Below, in pieces: positions 1 through 12,368 of a stretch of DNA of 64,000 bases; within the stretch, counting starts at the first letter, position 1, and every line of letters begins with the position of its first letter. The position numbers and the translations under genes were made by a program. The stretch spans positions 3,410,001 through 3,474,000 of the forward strand of contig NC_089433.1 in the NCBI RefSeq assembly GCF_026210795.1, in the 5' to 3' direction. Origin of the DNA: Rhizophagus irregularis. Lineage: Eukaryota. The notes under the pieces were generated by a model that did not search any database, was not told the DNA's origin, and worked only from the letters and a program-made list of their open reading frames with translations.

Positions 1-582
1 TAATAAAATTGTTTGCTATAATTTATGGCATATTATTGTTAAAGTATCATCAAAATTAATGAAATGATTAGAAAATTGTGCACATTTAGCTGGCATTTGC
101 TGATCATTTGTAGATCATCACCAAATTATTTACCAAATTTTAGCGTTAACTAATGCATTGAATTTGGCCAAATTTTTTTTCCAAAAATATTTGAAGTTAC
201 AGCTATTTATCTTAAATTTTTTTATCATAATAAAATTCAAGATTATAATTTACTCTTTAACTTGATAATTTATTAATAATAGATAGGTGTAAAATATGTT
301 TGTAAAATATATGTAACTTATCAATTATTTTATTGATTTTAATAATACTTTATAATAATGTACTAAAAATCATGGTAGACGATTTTATTCAAAAAAAAAA
401 CTATGATAAAACAAATTATTTTAATGCTATGATAATACCTAAAGATTTCTGTTGAAATCTTAAATTTTCTGATAAAATTTAAAATATAATGGCCAATTCT
501 TATTAAAATTACACATAATTTTTAGAGTAAATGTAATTCAACTTGATGACCAACTTTACTTATATGATAAAAGGCAGGTTCA

Positions 583-912
583 TTATTTAAAAAAAAGTTT
601 ACATATAACCATATTTGCGCAATAGTTATACAAATTTAAAGGTGACCGGTGACTTATTGGAGGGCACTGTACTTTATTGATAAATGTAAAATTTGACAAC
701 GATTCCTCCAGATCAAAATATATACGACCTTCATTTTTTTTATATGACATTCTTACTCTATCTTGCTCAAAAGTATACGAATCAATTTTTTTATCCGTTT
801 TTGTCCAAACAAGAGAAAGTGCTGTTGAAATTAAGCTTTCATCGTCGTCAGGTAAATAAACTTTTTTCCCGTGAATTTTTGAATTGAGAACTGAACAGGG
901 TGTTTTTGACAT
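583..912 (-). CDS. Hypothetical ORF (109 aa), function unknown, possibly transposon-derived
   Basis: ATG-initiated ORF with protein-like composition in locally higher-GC DNA; no motif recognised. Confidence 0.25.
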   Translation of the reverse strand: MSKTPCSVLNSKIHGKKVYLPDDDESLISTALSLVWTKTDKKIDSYTFEQDRVRMSYKKNEGRIYFDLEESLSNFTFINKVQCPPISHRSPLNLYNYCANMVICKLFFK

Positions 913-1307
913 TTCTAATATATTTATTCAATATTTTAAAAGCCGATACTTTATTTTTTATTTTTAAAATGAAGAGGGAAGAAAGCAATTGGGGTACTAA
1001 AAACTGTAAAAACTGATATTTATTTAATTGATCAAATAATAACATTTGATAACACGATTGTTTTGATACGTAATTGTATATTGTGATACGTTTGATAGAA
1101 TGAGTTTTGATACAATAATATATATAATTGTTAAAATAATGTATTGATTATGGCTGAATAATCTGATATATTATTATTATTTTAATTGGATTTTGGAAAT
1201 AATATTCCCGTATTCTGGCGAGAAAATTTTTTTTTCACTTCGGTGGGAATATTTTACAAAAAAAAATGATCATGTGAAGATGATCTACAGTCAATCATAA
1301 TTTTTGA

Positions 1308-1455
1308 GATTATTTGCGGATTTGCGGATTATTTGCGGATTATTTGCGAGTTTGCGGCTTATTTGCGGATTTGCAGATTATTTGCGATTGCAGATTTGCG
1401 AATAATTATTCTTCAAAATCTGCAATGTTCCGCAATATCGCAAATTGCAATTAAT
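1308..1455. repeat. Short tandem/inverted (A)TTTGCGGATT repeats, probably subterminal repeats of a DNA transposon
   Basis: About 8 copies of tttgcg(g/a)att followed by inverted ccgcaa copies; adjacent to a transposase fragment. Confidence 0.55.
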
Positions 1456-1519
1456 CCGCAATTAGGGTATTGCGGACACATCTTTATATGCAACTATTTT
1501 CTGAAACTGTGAAGCAGAA

Positions 1520-2048
1520 TCTGTCTCATAAAGCTAAATATAATGAGGTTTTGGGTATGCAAAAAAAGCAATTGGAATGTCTCTTGAATTGGGTTGTGAA
1601 AACGAAATAAATGAGATTTTGCAAAGCTGGATAAGAAAAAAAGAAAGAGAAATTCGTGATAAGCAGCAGGGATGTACAATTGGGTTTAAAGAGAATCTTC
1701 CAAATATTAGCAGCCCTCATCAGGCGCGTACAAAAGGTGCTCCAAAGAAGCGTGTAAAGAACGCATTGGAAAACACTACTATTAAATACAATAATAATAA
1801 GAATAGACAAGATATGATGAAGTAAGTAAAAACTTATCTAATAAGTATTAATTTATTGAACTTAAGTAATCAATTAATTATTATGTAGATTGAATGTTAA
1901 AGCGCCAAACAAGCAATCTAGAAGCGAATTACAACCTGAAATTCCTATTCGTCAAACTAAATACATATGTAGTTATTGTAAAGGTAACGGACATAATGCC
2001 CGTAGTTGTGAACTTAAAAAGAAAGGTGTTAGAGCAAGAACTAAATAA
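1520..2048 (+). mobile_element. C-terminal fragment of a MULE/FAR1-type transposase
   Basis: ISSPHQARTKGAPKKR motif, GTAAGT..TAG intron at ~1821-1888, then a CCHC zinc knuckle YICSYCKGNGHNARSC at ~1963-2010. Confidence 0.6.
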
Positions 2049-3200
2049 CCGAATGTTCTTAGTTTATGCTTACAAATATGCAACTAATTTGTAAATTTTG
2101 AAATAATTAAAGACTTAAATTTTGCATTTATTCAATTTTTTTGTTTATAATTCGATACTTTTTGCACATTATTTTGTTAAATCATTTAAGTATATTAATT
2201 CTGGCCGAAGTTATAATTCGGTGAAAATCACCGCCGGTGAGCTTTAGCAATACTCAATTATTAATAGCGAGGTTATTGGTGATAAAGCACGCAAAATCAA
2301 ATTGAAGCATGTGTTGATACAAATAGAGGTCAAACCAAATATTTATCAAATAATAAAATATATGTATTTTTGACCCTTCTACTCGAAAATAAAAAAAGAT
2401 TTCATAGCTTCATTATAAAATTTATGTGCTATATTAAAAAAACTGACCGCCATTACTTTTGCTGGGGTCTGTATACTCCATCTTTGCCCTAAAGCCAGTG
2501 TGAGTCAATTTAGTGCCAATTTTTGTAAAAATCTTTAAGATAGTAAATTGAAAAATCCGATTGATGGTAAAAAATTTATAATCATTTTCCATTATTTTGA
2601 GATTGTCATCTGTCCGAGTAAGAGTGTTGTTAATAATAAAAAAAGAGAGAAATTCGAATTTTTTATCCGATCGGATGGATTTTCAATCTGAGTTGAATTT
2701 CTTCTCCATTTTATAATTGAACTGGATTTTAATTTTACTATATTGCGCATTGGAGTAGAATCTGAAGATATCTCAAAAAAATTCTAGACTTTAATTAATT
2801 AAATCTATGTATAATCGTCAAAATGTGTCCATCCGTCGATCCTCGGATTGGAACTCTGACAAAAACGTGGGTGTGATCAGTGAAAATCACCACCAATAAT
2901 AAAATTATAATAAATCCATAATACGTAAAAGAAAAATAGTCTAAAAATCATACAATAATTTTAAATACTATAATATGAATTCGAATGAATTATATTCATC
3001 TAAACGCAAATATTACAATTAGTGTAATTTTTTATAATTTAAAATATATTCAATCGGAAGTCCGTGTTTCCATTTTTTTTTGTCCCTTAATAAATTTATC
3101 CGAATTTTCCGTAATAGTACAAATGAAATAAATTTATCCTTCGTAATAAAATCGCTGATCAATAATAGCTTAATTTATCTTAACTATAGAGAGGTAGATT

Positions 3201-3395
3201 AGGATTTAGGACCCACGAGCTATATAGTATATATAGGTCAGGGGAGATCGGCACACATTTACTATTAGCTCTACGAATTTCTTCAGGGCCGGCACCATGT
3301 AATGCTGGTCGGCATTATCCACAAATGGAAGTGATCTACTTGATTTTGGCTCATTCTAAGCAAATAACCAGGACCTATGCATAGCTCTGGGTTCT
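3201..3395. mobile_element. hAT-like MITE, same family as 35065-35257
   Basis: 8-bp direct repeat GGTAGATT at 3193-3200 and 3396-3403; imperfect TIRs AGGACCCACGAGCTAT / ATAGCTC-TGGGTTCT; internal sequence aligns with the copy at 35 kb. Confidence 0.75.
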
Positions 3396-3521
3396 GGTAG
3401 ATTGTTCTTATTTTGGAAGTAAACCGTCATCATTTGCAGTTGGCGTACGTACTGCTTAACCATATATGATATCTGAAATAACTATAAATAATTCTTTTTT
3501 TTTTTAAAAAAAAAAGAAAAA

Positions 3522-5031
3522 ATGGTTACTCAATTTTTTTCGAAATTAAGTCAAAATTATATTGAATTATTAAAAGACGATGAATATTATGATGTCACAA
3601 TTGAAGTTGGTGAAGACCCTAACGTAAAAATATTTTGTGCTCATATGAATATTTTGTGTTACCGTTCTCCATATTTACGACGAATATTAAAGTCTAACAA
3701 AAAGAACAATGATAACGTTTTAACCCATATTAAATTATCAAACACATCACCGGAAATCTTTCAAATTGTATTAGAGTAAGTTAATTATCATGTTATATAT
3801 AACTTTGAATATTCAAATTATAACTTTTATTTTTATAATTAGGTATATTTATGGAGGTATTCTTTCATTGGATGAAAAAGACACTTCAGACCTTCTTAAA
3901 GTTTTGGCTACTGCAGATAAACTTAGTCTTCAAGAGCTAGTTGATTATTTACAAGGATATTTAATTGAAAATAAGTCTGAACAGCTAGAACAATATTTTG
4001 AATTTGCTCAACAAATTAGCTCAAATTCTAATAATTTATTAAAACTTCAAGAATTTTGTACAAATTTAATGGTTCAGTCTCCCGAGAAAGTTCTTAAATC
4101 ATTAAATTTCACTTCATTTCCTGAAAAATCTTTAATTTCACTTATTAAAAGTGATGATTTACAAATGAAAGAAATTGAAATATGGGAACATGTATTAAAA
4201 TGGGGACTTGCACAAAATCCAACTCTCATTCCAGATCCTAAAACTTGGTCTGATGATGATTTTAAAACAATGAAGAATACTCTACAACATTGTTTACCCT
4301 TCGTTAGATTTTTTTGTTTATCACCAAAAGAATTTTCACAAAAAGTTCGTCCATATCAAAAACTCCTAAATCAACAACTTTATGAAGATTTATTAAACTT
4401 TTATTTAGATCCTGAAAGTGTATCATCTCATAACATTCAACTTCCTAGAAAAATTAAAATTAATGAAAACATTGAAGTTATTTGTTCACTAATCGTTAAT
4501 TCTGGTATTGTTTCAACAATTTCAAGATGGATAGATAAAATAGTTATTAATGATAATAATTTTAATGAATCATATTTACCATATAAATTTGAATTATTGT
4601 TAAGAGGAAGTCGAGATGGATTTACTCCTAAAAAATTTCATGAATTGTGTGATAATAAACCTAATACTGTTACATTCATTAAAATAAAAGGAACAGAAGA
4701 AATTATTGGTGGGTATAATCCAGTAATATGGGAAACCCCCCAAACGAGTTCTTGGGGTAAAACCGAAGATAGTTTTATTTTTTCTTTTAAAAATAAGAAT
4801 AATTTTAAAGATGCAATTTTGAGCAAAGTAATAAATTCTAATTATGCACTATTATTTGGTTCTATATCTGGTCCATATTTTGGTGGTGATATTAATATAA
4901 ATGCTTCAAATGAATTTGTAAATTATGACACCACTGAATATTATAATAGTTTTTATGAAAAAAAGATAAGAGATATTGAAGGTAAATTTATTGTAGAAGA
5001 TTACGAAGTGTTTCAAATAATAAAAAAATAA
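3522..5031 (+). CDS. BTB/POZ-BACK-TLDc domain protein (exons 3522-3775 and 3843-5031)
   Basis: BTB motif DVTIEVG..F.AH..IL..RSPY; GTAAG..AG intron restores E-YIYGG; BACK motif EIEIWEHVLKW; TLDc motifs LLLRGSRDGF, IIGGYNP, DSFIFSF, DYEVFQI. Confidence 0.9.
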
Positions 5032-6199
5032 ATGTATTTTAAAGGATGAATTTTATTTAAGACAAAAATATAATAAATATTGTATTGATACGCATTATAT
5101 GTAACAAAGAAATAAATAAATTATTGCTATATTTACGTTACAAACTTTCAGTTATTAAATAGATTCCGTTTGAAATTATGATATTCAAATGTTCATTTAT
5201 AAATCAAGTAAATTAGAATATTCGATCATAGAATTTTGAGATCGAAATATACTATGAGATTTGAATATAAATTGCAATCTTAAGATATAATGCAAAATGC
5301 TTTTGTTAATTTTTGAACTATTACTTTGATTTTTATAATAATTGAGATCCTAATAAAGTTCATAACACGTAAAAGGAAAAAATACTAGTCTAAAACGCAC
5401 ATACTGTATCCATTGAGATATTATACGAATTATATTAGAATTTACATCTCACATATTTTCAAATATTCGAATTTCAAGACTTTAAGTGGAAGATCTACCA
5501 TAAAAAATATATCTAAATGTAACTTTGCTATGCAATGTCAAAAATTTACATATAAATTGTAAGGGAATTAACTAAACGCAAACGTTACAATCAGTGTAAT
5601 TTGTTAAAATTAATGCATTAAATTGGAAGTCAGTGTTTCAGTAGTGTTTCTATCTTAAAACTGTGTTATCAATGCCAACGTTTTTTTGCCCTTAATAATT
5701 TATCAGAATATTCTGTAAATGAAATAGTTTATTTCCACTCGTTTAATTTGCATAAAAAAGTCCTTCGTAATAAATTTATCACCGATCAATAATTAATTGC
5801 AATAGCTTATGAACAATGGTCTGTCTTAATCTTATGATTGTAAGAAAAACTTATTGTTCATTAAATTCATTATAATATTATAATTCACAATATAAATATC
5901 GTCATTAGAATTTATTAATATGAAAATTAATTACTGCATATTAAAAAATTGAGAAAAATCAATTTTCAAAACTAAGAAATTTTGAATTTAATTTATATAA
6001 ATTTATGATTTTACTTTAAATAAAAAGCTTTGCAATTAGTATAATTAAGAATTCATTAGATTAATTGAAGTAAGCAAGATTTGTGATAGGATGATTAAAA
6101 GCATAATTTCATAGTTAACTTTCCAAGTTAGAGGCGATATTATTATAGTAACAGGTAATACTTATAGTAATTGTTAATTTAATTATATTAAATTGATAG

Positions 6200-6865
6200 T
6201 TGCTCAAGTAATTAGTATGTTTATTAAATTATCCAATTTTTATCGGAATCTTGAACAAAATTTGAATTTTGTATAAGATCCCATTTAATACATGCTTCCA
6301 TTCAGATTTTAATTTCTTTCGTCTGTAAATCATCTCTTTTAATTAATTTAACTAAAGATTTTTCAGTAAGTGAAATAAAATATTTTCTTTGGAGATTTAG
6401 CCTTTAAATTGGTAAAAATTATTGAATTCCTAATAAATGTTATTCTAATATTACCGATTTATAAACAATCAACTAGTTCTTGAAGATGAAGCCATCTGCG
6501 ACAACCAAAACTCTAAAAATTTCTGAAATATCTTGCTTATTCAATAAAAGACTGCCACCATAAATTATAAAGATTTATTAACTGAAAAGTAATTTTAAAC
6601 ATTTAATCATTTTTGCATAACTTTAAGGTAAACTGAAATATCTCTGGTAGAAATTTGGTAACCTGATTTGGGCCAAAGCATCATTTTGATTAGAAGCAAA
6701 AGTTCGTCTTAAATATGGAGAACGTTAACAAGAAAATATTCATATATGTGCGCACTAATATTTTTACATTATGGTCTTTTATTACCAACATCAATAGCAA
6801 TATTAATCATCCTTTAATATTTCACTATAACGTTGATTTAGTGCTGAAAACAATTTTGTTGACAT
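6200..6865 (-). pseudogene. Degraded BTB-BACK gene
   Basis: MSTKLFSALNQRYSEILKDD* start, RSPYLRR and YGGS remnants and EWEAC..WDL, with stops and frameshifts. Confidence 0.75.
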
Positions 6866-7727
6866 AATATAAAATAATTTTTTTTTTGAAATCAAATATG
6901 TTCGTAGTTCAAATGGAAATGAATTTACAATATTTATGTGTTGATGTAGATTTAAAATACGTACTGTACATTGGATTACGTATACAGTTTGATTACTATA
7001 AAACATTTAAAATAAAAACAATGTATAATCTCTAAGAATATTTATGTCCAATAAATAAATATGGCTACGATACAATATTTTATATAGTATTAAATTATTT
7101 TTTGAAAAATTCAATAAAGGTCACTAGTATACTCGTCCGGCGATTCATTTCGGAATTACCGAATTGAAATTGTAACGAATCACTCATTCGACAAAATTTT
7201 GAGTATTATTTATTATGACACGATATCGAGCTACTAAGTTAAAAACTTTTTACTTTTATAATTACGCTTAAAACAGAAAAAAAAGAAAAATTTGGTTTAT
7301 TTAATATTATCTTTGTGAAGTAACTTGCTAATTTAAATTATTGGGTGCATCGTACTAGATTATTAACATTAGGATAAGGTCTTGTATTATAATTCAGTAA
7401 CAAAATATCATACAAATTACATTGAATACTAAATATTTTATTTTATTTTATTTTAATTTTTTTTTTTAAAAAAAAAAATTAGCCACATACAAATAAAATA
7501 TAACCCAAAAAAAATCAAATTCAGCTCGGATTCCCAAGTTAATCTATGATTGACCCTTTAATACAGGATATTCGGGTCGAGTTAAACGTTTCGTAAACCC
7601 GACCTGATTCGTCTCGTGAGGAATCTTCGTGTTGAAATATTAATATTTACAGAGTGATATTAGTCTAACATTACTTCATAAACTGTGCATATAATTCATA
7701 ATATTACAGAATTTATTAACGCTTACC

Positions 7728-9222
7728 CTATTTTCTAATAATACGAAATATTTCATAATCTTTAATAGCAAATTTACCATTTTTTCTTATATTTTTTTCA
7801 TAATGTTTACATTGATGATAACTTTCATCATAATTTGCGAATTCATTGGAAGAATATACGACAATGTCATCTCCAAAACATGGTCCACCTAAATAGTCAA
7901 ACCATACTGCACGATCACTATGATCTACATTACTAATAATTGCATCTTTAAAAAAGATATCATTATCATTGAAAGAAAAAATAAAACTATCTCTTGCGAA
8001 TCCCCATTTACTAGAAGATTCCCATTTTAATGGATTATATCCACCAATAATTTCATTCGTTCCCTGTATTTTAATAAATGTTATAGTATTAGCCTTACCG
8101 TCACATAATTCATGAAATTTTCTAGGTGTAAATCCATCCTGGCTTCCTCTTAACAATAATTCAAATTCATAAGGTAAATATAAATCTCTAATATAAGCGA
8201 ATTTATTATCGATAACCTTATTATCGATCCATCTTGAAATAGCTGAAACAATTCTCAAATCCACAATCTCTGAATCGATTTTGACATTTCTCGGGAGTAA
8301 GATGTTTTCATTTGGTTCATTATCGGGATCCATATAAGAATTTACTAAATCTTCATAAAGTTGATGATTTAATAGTTGTTTATATGGACGAACTTTTTGT
8401 ACAAATTCTTTGGACGATAAACAATAAAATCTGATTAAAGGTAAACAATTTTGTAAAGTATTTTTCATTGTATCGAAATCATTATCTGCCCAAGTATCAG
8501 GATCTGGAATAAGAGTTGGATTTTGCGCAAGACCCCATTTTAATACATGTTCCCATACTTCAACTTCTTTCATTTGTAAATTATCCCTTTTAAGAAGTTT
8601 AATTAAAGATTGTTCAGGAAGTGAAGTAAAATCAAATGACCCAAATATTTTTTCTGGAGATTTAGCCATTAAATTTGTACAAAATTTCTGAATTCCTAAT
8701 AAATTATTAGATTGAAAACTTATTCGATGAGCAAGTTCAAAATTTTGAACTATCCATTCCGATTTATTTTCAATTAAATAACTTTGTAAATAATAAACTA
8801 ACTCTTGAAGACAGAGTTCATCAGCAGCAACCAATACTTTAAGGATGTCTGAAGTAACTTGCTCATTAAACGAAAGAATGCCACCATAAATATACCTAAA
8901 TTATAAAAAAATTATAAAATTAAATCGAAAAGTAATTTAAACGTTTAATTTATTTCTTCATAACTTACATTAAAATAATCTCAAATGTATCTGGTGAAAT
9001 ATTTGGAAATTTAATATGAGACAAGGTACCATCATTCTTTTTTTTATTAGAAGCCAAAACTTTTCGAAAATATGGAGAACGATAACATAAAATATTCATG
9101 TGGGTACGGAATATTTTTACATAAGGATCTTCACCAACTTCAATCGTAGTATCGTAATATTCATCGTCTTCTAACAGTTCAATATAATTTTGACTGAGTG
9201 TCGCAAAAAAATGTGCTGCCAT
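7728..9222 (-). CDS. BTB/POZ-BACK-TLDc domain protein (exons 9222-8969 and 8895-7728)
   Basis: Same motifs and intron position as the 3522 gene; GTAAGT..TAG intron at 8968-8896. Confidence 0.9.
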
Positions 9223-10519
9223 GATATATAAATTTTTTTTTTCTTGAAAAAGAAAAGGTATAATTTAGAAACAATGGGACAATGAATCTATTTTTATAAT
9301 TGATGTAGATAGTAGATACCTTCTAAAAAGAAAAATGATGATCATTTTCAATGCGGGGCGAACGGGGACCTTATATTCACATGATCAACAATAATATTTA
9401 ACGTCATAATTTGATATAATAGTCAATTAGTCATACACCCGAATAGACATGGTCTTGAGTGTCTTCCGCTGCGCTTACATAATATGATAAAAGATGTTCG
9501 TTAAAAATATCTTGGGGAGTAGGGGCTTATAATAAAAAAAGAATATTCCCCTAAAGATAACAAAGTTAAGTTTTTTAATATCAACTTTGTTTTTCTAAAT
9601 ATTATTTATCAAGTTATATCTATGAAATTGATTTTCAAACTTTAAAAATGACAAATAGTGTAAAAAGTAAATTGTTATTCTTACAATAACTTGATAAGCA
9701 TTTTTCACATTTCCACTTTTGGCAATTGATTATGAAATAAAATCATGTGCACATAACTAATAGATCGAAATTTCGTATAATCATCTATTTTATCATAAAA
9801 AATGCGGCATGAATAATTTATAACAATACGAACACTACTTTTTTAATTTATTTTTGAAAAAAATTTGCTTTATTTCATTAAACTTTGTCATTTAAAATTT
9901 TCAAAAAAATTAATTTCAAAGCTTTATACTCGCTTTTTTTCTTACCAATATTCTACTTCAAAGAGCAAAATATATAAATGAAAACCCTCCAAGCTATTCA
10001 TTGATGCTATTTTAACAACTACTATATAAATCATTTAAATGACACGCCAACTGATCATATTAGTAAATAACCCGATCCAATTTATCATCACACTACTATT
10101 ATGGCACTACCAAAAAATTAATAATCCAATCCGCTCAATAAAGTTTAAAATTAATCTAACCAGTTAAATCAACGAACTTTAAATTATAATAATTTTGGCT
10201 AAAATTTTTTTAATTCTAGCCAAAATCGTAGTTCTACTAAATTTGGTTAAAATTGACCATTTTCATCGGAAAAAGTATGGTCCGAAAAAAAATTATAGAA
10301 CAAAGTAATTCTACTTTTGGTTAAAGTAAATTAACTATTGGTTAGAAGATATAAATAACGTCAAAAAAATAAAAAAATAAAAAAAATATTCTAGTATGTT
10401 TCGAAAATAATCAAAATAATCTAAAATGGGAACCAAATTTAGTAAATTAAAAATCTCAAGTAGTAGAAAATTTTATAGTAGCGTTTATTGTACTCCATCA
10501 CTGTCTTTATTGCCAATTT

Positions 10520-11170
10520 CTCGAATTTACAAGAACTTAAATTATCATTTGGTCTTGAAGAATGCTTTGTTGATTTTGAAAAGTTACAATATGTTTTTTT
10601 TCACAATTACAAGTTTTAAAAATTTGGAATGAATTTCCAAGTGATGGGTTGCAAATAAAATTCTTGGAAGATAATAGGAAAAATCTAAAAGAAATTTATA
10701 GGTGGGATTGAATGTTGTAATGATAATTCATTAAATTTAGCTATTTCTAAGTTTTGTCTAATACTTAGAAAACTTTCCACTGGAATTAAAAATAATGAAT
10801 CGGAAACATTAAAAATAATTTTTAATAGTTGCAAATATTTAGGAAGTATTAAAATTTGGTGTGGAGGTAAATTTTTGAGCATTAGAAATGATTGTGAAAT
10901 ATTCACAAAATATTAATGAACTAATATTATATAATTTATTTGCCGTATGATTTAATTTATTTTACTTCTGGAAAAATTAGAGTCCTTTTTCGTAAATTGG
11001 ACAAATTGTGTACCACAAAAATCACTTTCTTTAGTAATTGTTATATGTGATGAAGAAAATAGCTTAGATAAAAATAATGAAAATATTGAAATAATTAATA
11101 AATATACAATTAAGCATTATTAAGAAATTTGAAGTTACAGATTTTGATGATGATGAATATGTACTCGTAA
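10520..11170 (+). pseudogene. Relic of an F-box-like/LRR family gene (C-terminal part)
   Basis: Broken frames resembling the 26883 protein (..IFNSCKYLGSIKIWC.., ESFFVNW, IIKKFEVTDFDDDEY), with many stops. Confidence 0.55.
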
Positions 11171-12368
11171 AAAAATTTTTTTAATTTTATTAATAAGAAT
11201 ATATGTTCATATAATTGTTTAATTTGCAGTTTTTTGTTGATGTAATCTATTTGAGATATTAGCTCTTTATCAAACATGTAAATACAGGAAATAAAAATCA
11301 AATTTAAAAATTTTCCTAGCGTTGCAATAAATTTTTGTAGTTAAACGCATGGGTAATGATAAGAATCTTATTATGATGATAAAGATAGGGGTAACAATAA
11401 TGAATCTGATTATGATGATGAGAATTGAGATAATATAATCAAGAGAATTATTTGCTGGAATTTAATTACGGTGATATCTTTTGAATTCAAAATAATTATG
11501 ACAGATTTCAAAATACAACTTCTTAACTTGGCGAAAAGAACTATTATCAATTATAATTGTTTTTGCAAAATTAATTAATGAAAGAAATATAGAAAATTAG
11601 AAATTTTGCTGTAAAATTGATGATTAATTCAAAAGTACTATATTTACTATGTAAATTACAAAATTCAAATAATGACAGGATGAACAAGTATCCAGCATGC
11701 AGAGATGCAACCTGTTTCCTCACATAGTTATTAGCTTATTTAATAATTTATTTTCATCTTTAAATATCATTTAAATACATACTATCACTTATGATTTTAA
11801 TGTATGATAATTTACTTCATCAGGAATAATCATATTTAGTGCAAAAAGTGATTTATAGCTTTATTATCATGAATTGGTTCGCATTAGAGAAAAGCTATGT
11901 ACATTCACGTGTACAGGTTTGGTATATAAATAGTTTTATCTGCAAAGTTGCCATTATTTCCATAGCTACATATGCATTTTTTTATGTGATAAATGTAAAT
12001 AAATAATATGATGTTAAAATTATAGCAAATAGTGAGAATTTAAGATTTACAATTTAGACGTAATTACAATATTTATTTCAACAAATAGTAATTGTAATAA
12101 TAAATAAATAAAGAAAAATAAATAAATAACTTAATAAAAGCAGAACATGATTACAAAAGTTTCTATTCATAAGATTCTGTGTTAACATTGTTACTAACTT
12201 TAATACGCTTAAAAAAAAAAGAAAAAAGTAAAATAGAATAGAATAAAATGATTTAGTAAAATCTTTAGTTGCATCTTGTTTTCTTGGATTTATTGGATTA
12301 CTTCTCTTGATACTGAATTGGCCAAAACAATTATTAAAAGCAATAATAGAAAACTTTAAATTGTACCT

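Noticed and set aside
3247..3290. Resemblance of CGGCACACATTTACTA to the U6 snRNA 5' end
   Set aside because: There is no ACAGAGA box or downstream U6 sequence, and it lies inside a TIR/TSD-bounded MITE.
3790..3842. Track ORF start MLYITLNIQ... read as a signal peptide
   Set aside because: It lies within the GT-AG intron 3776-3842; the real frame comes from the upstream BTB exon.
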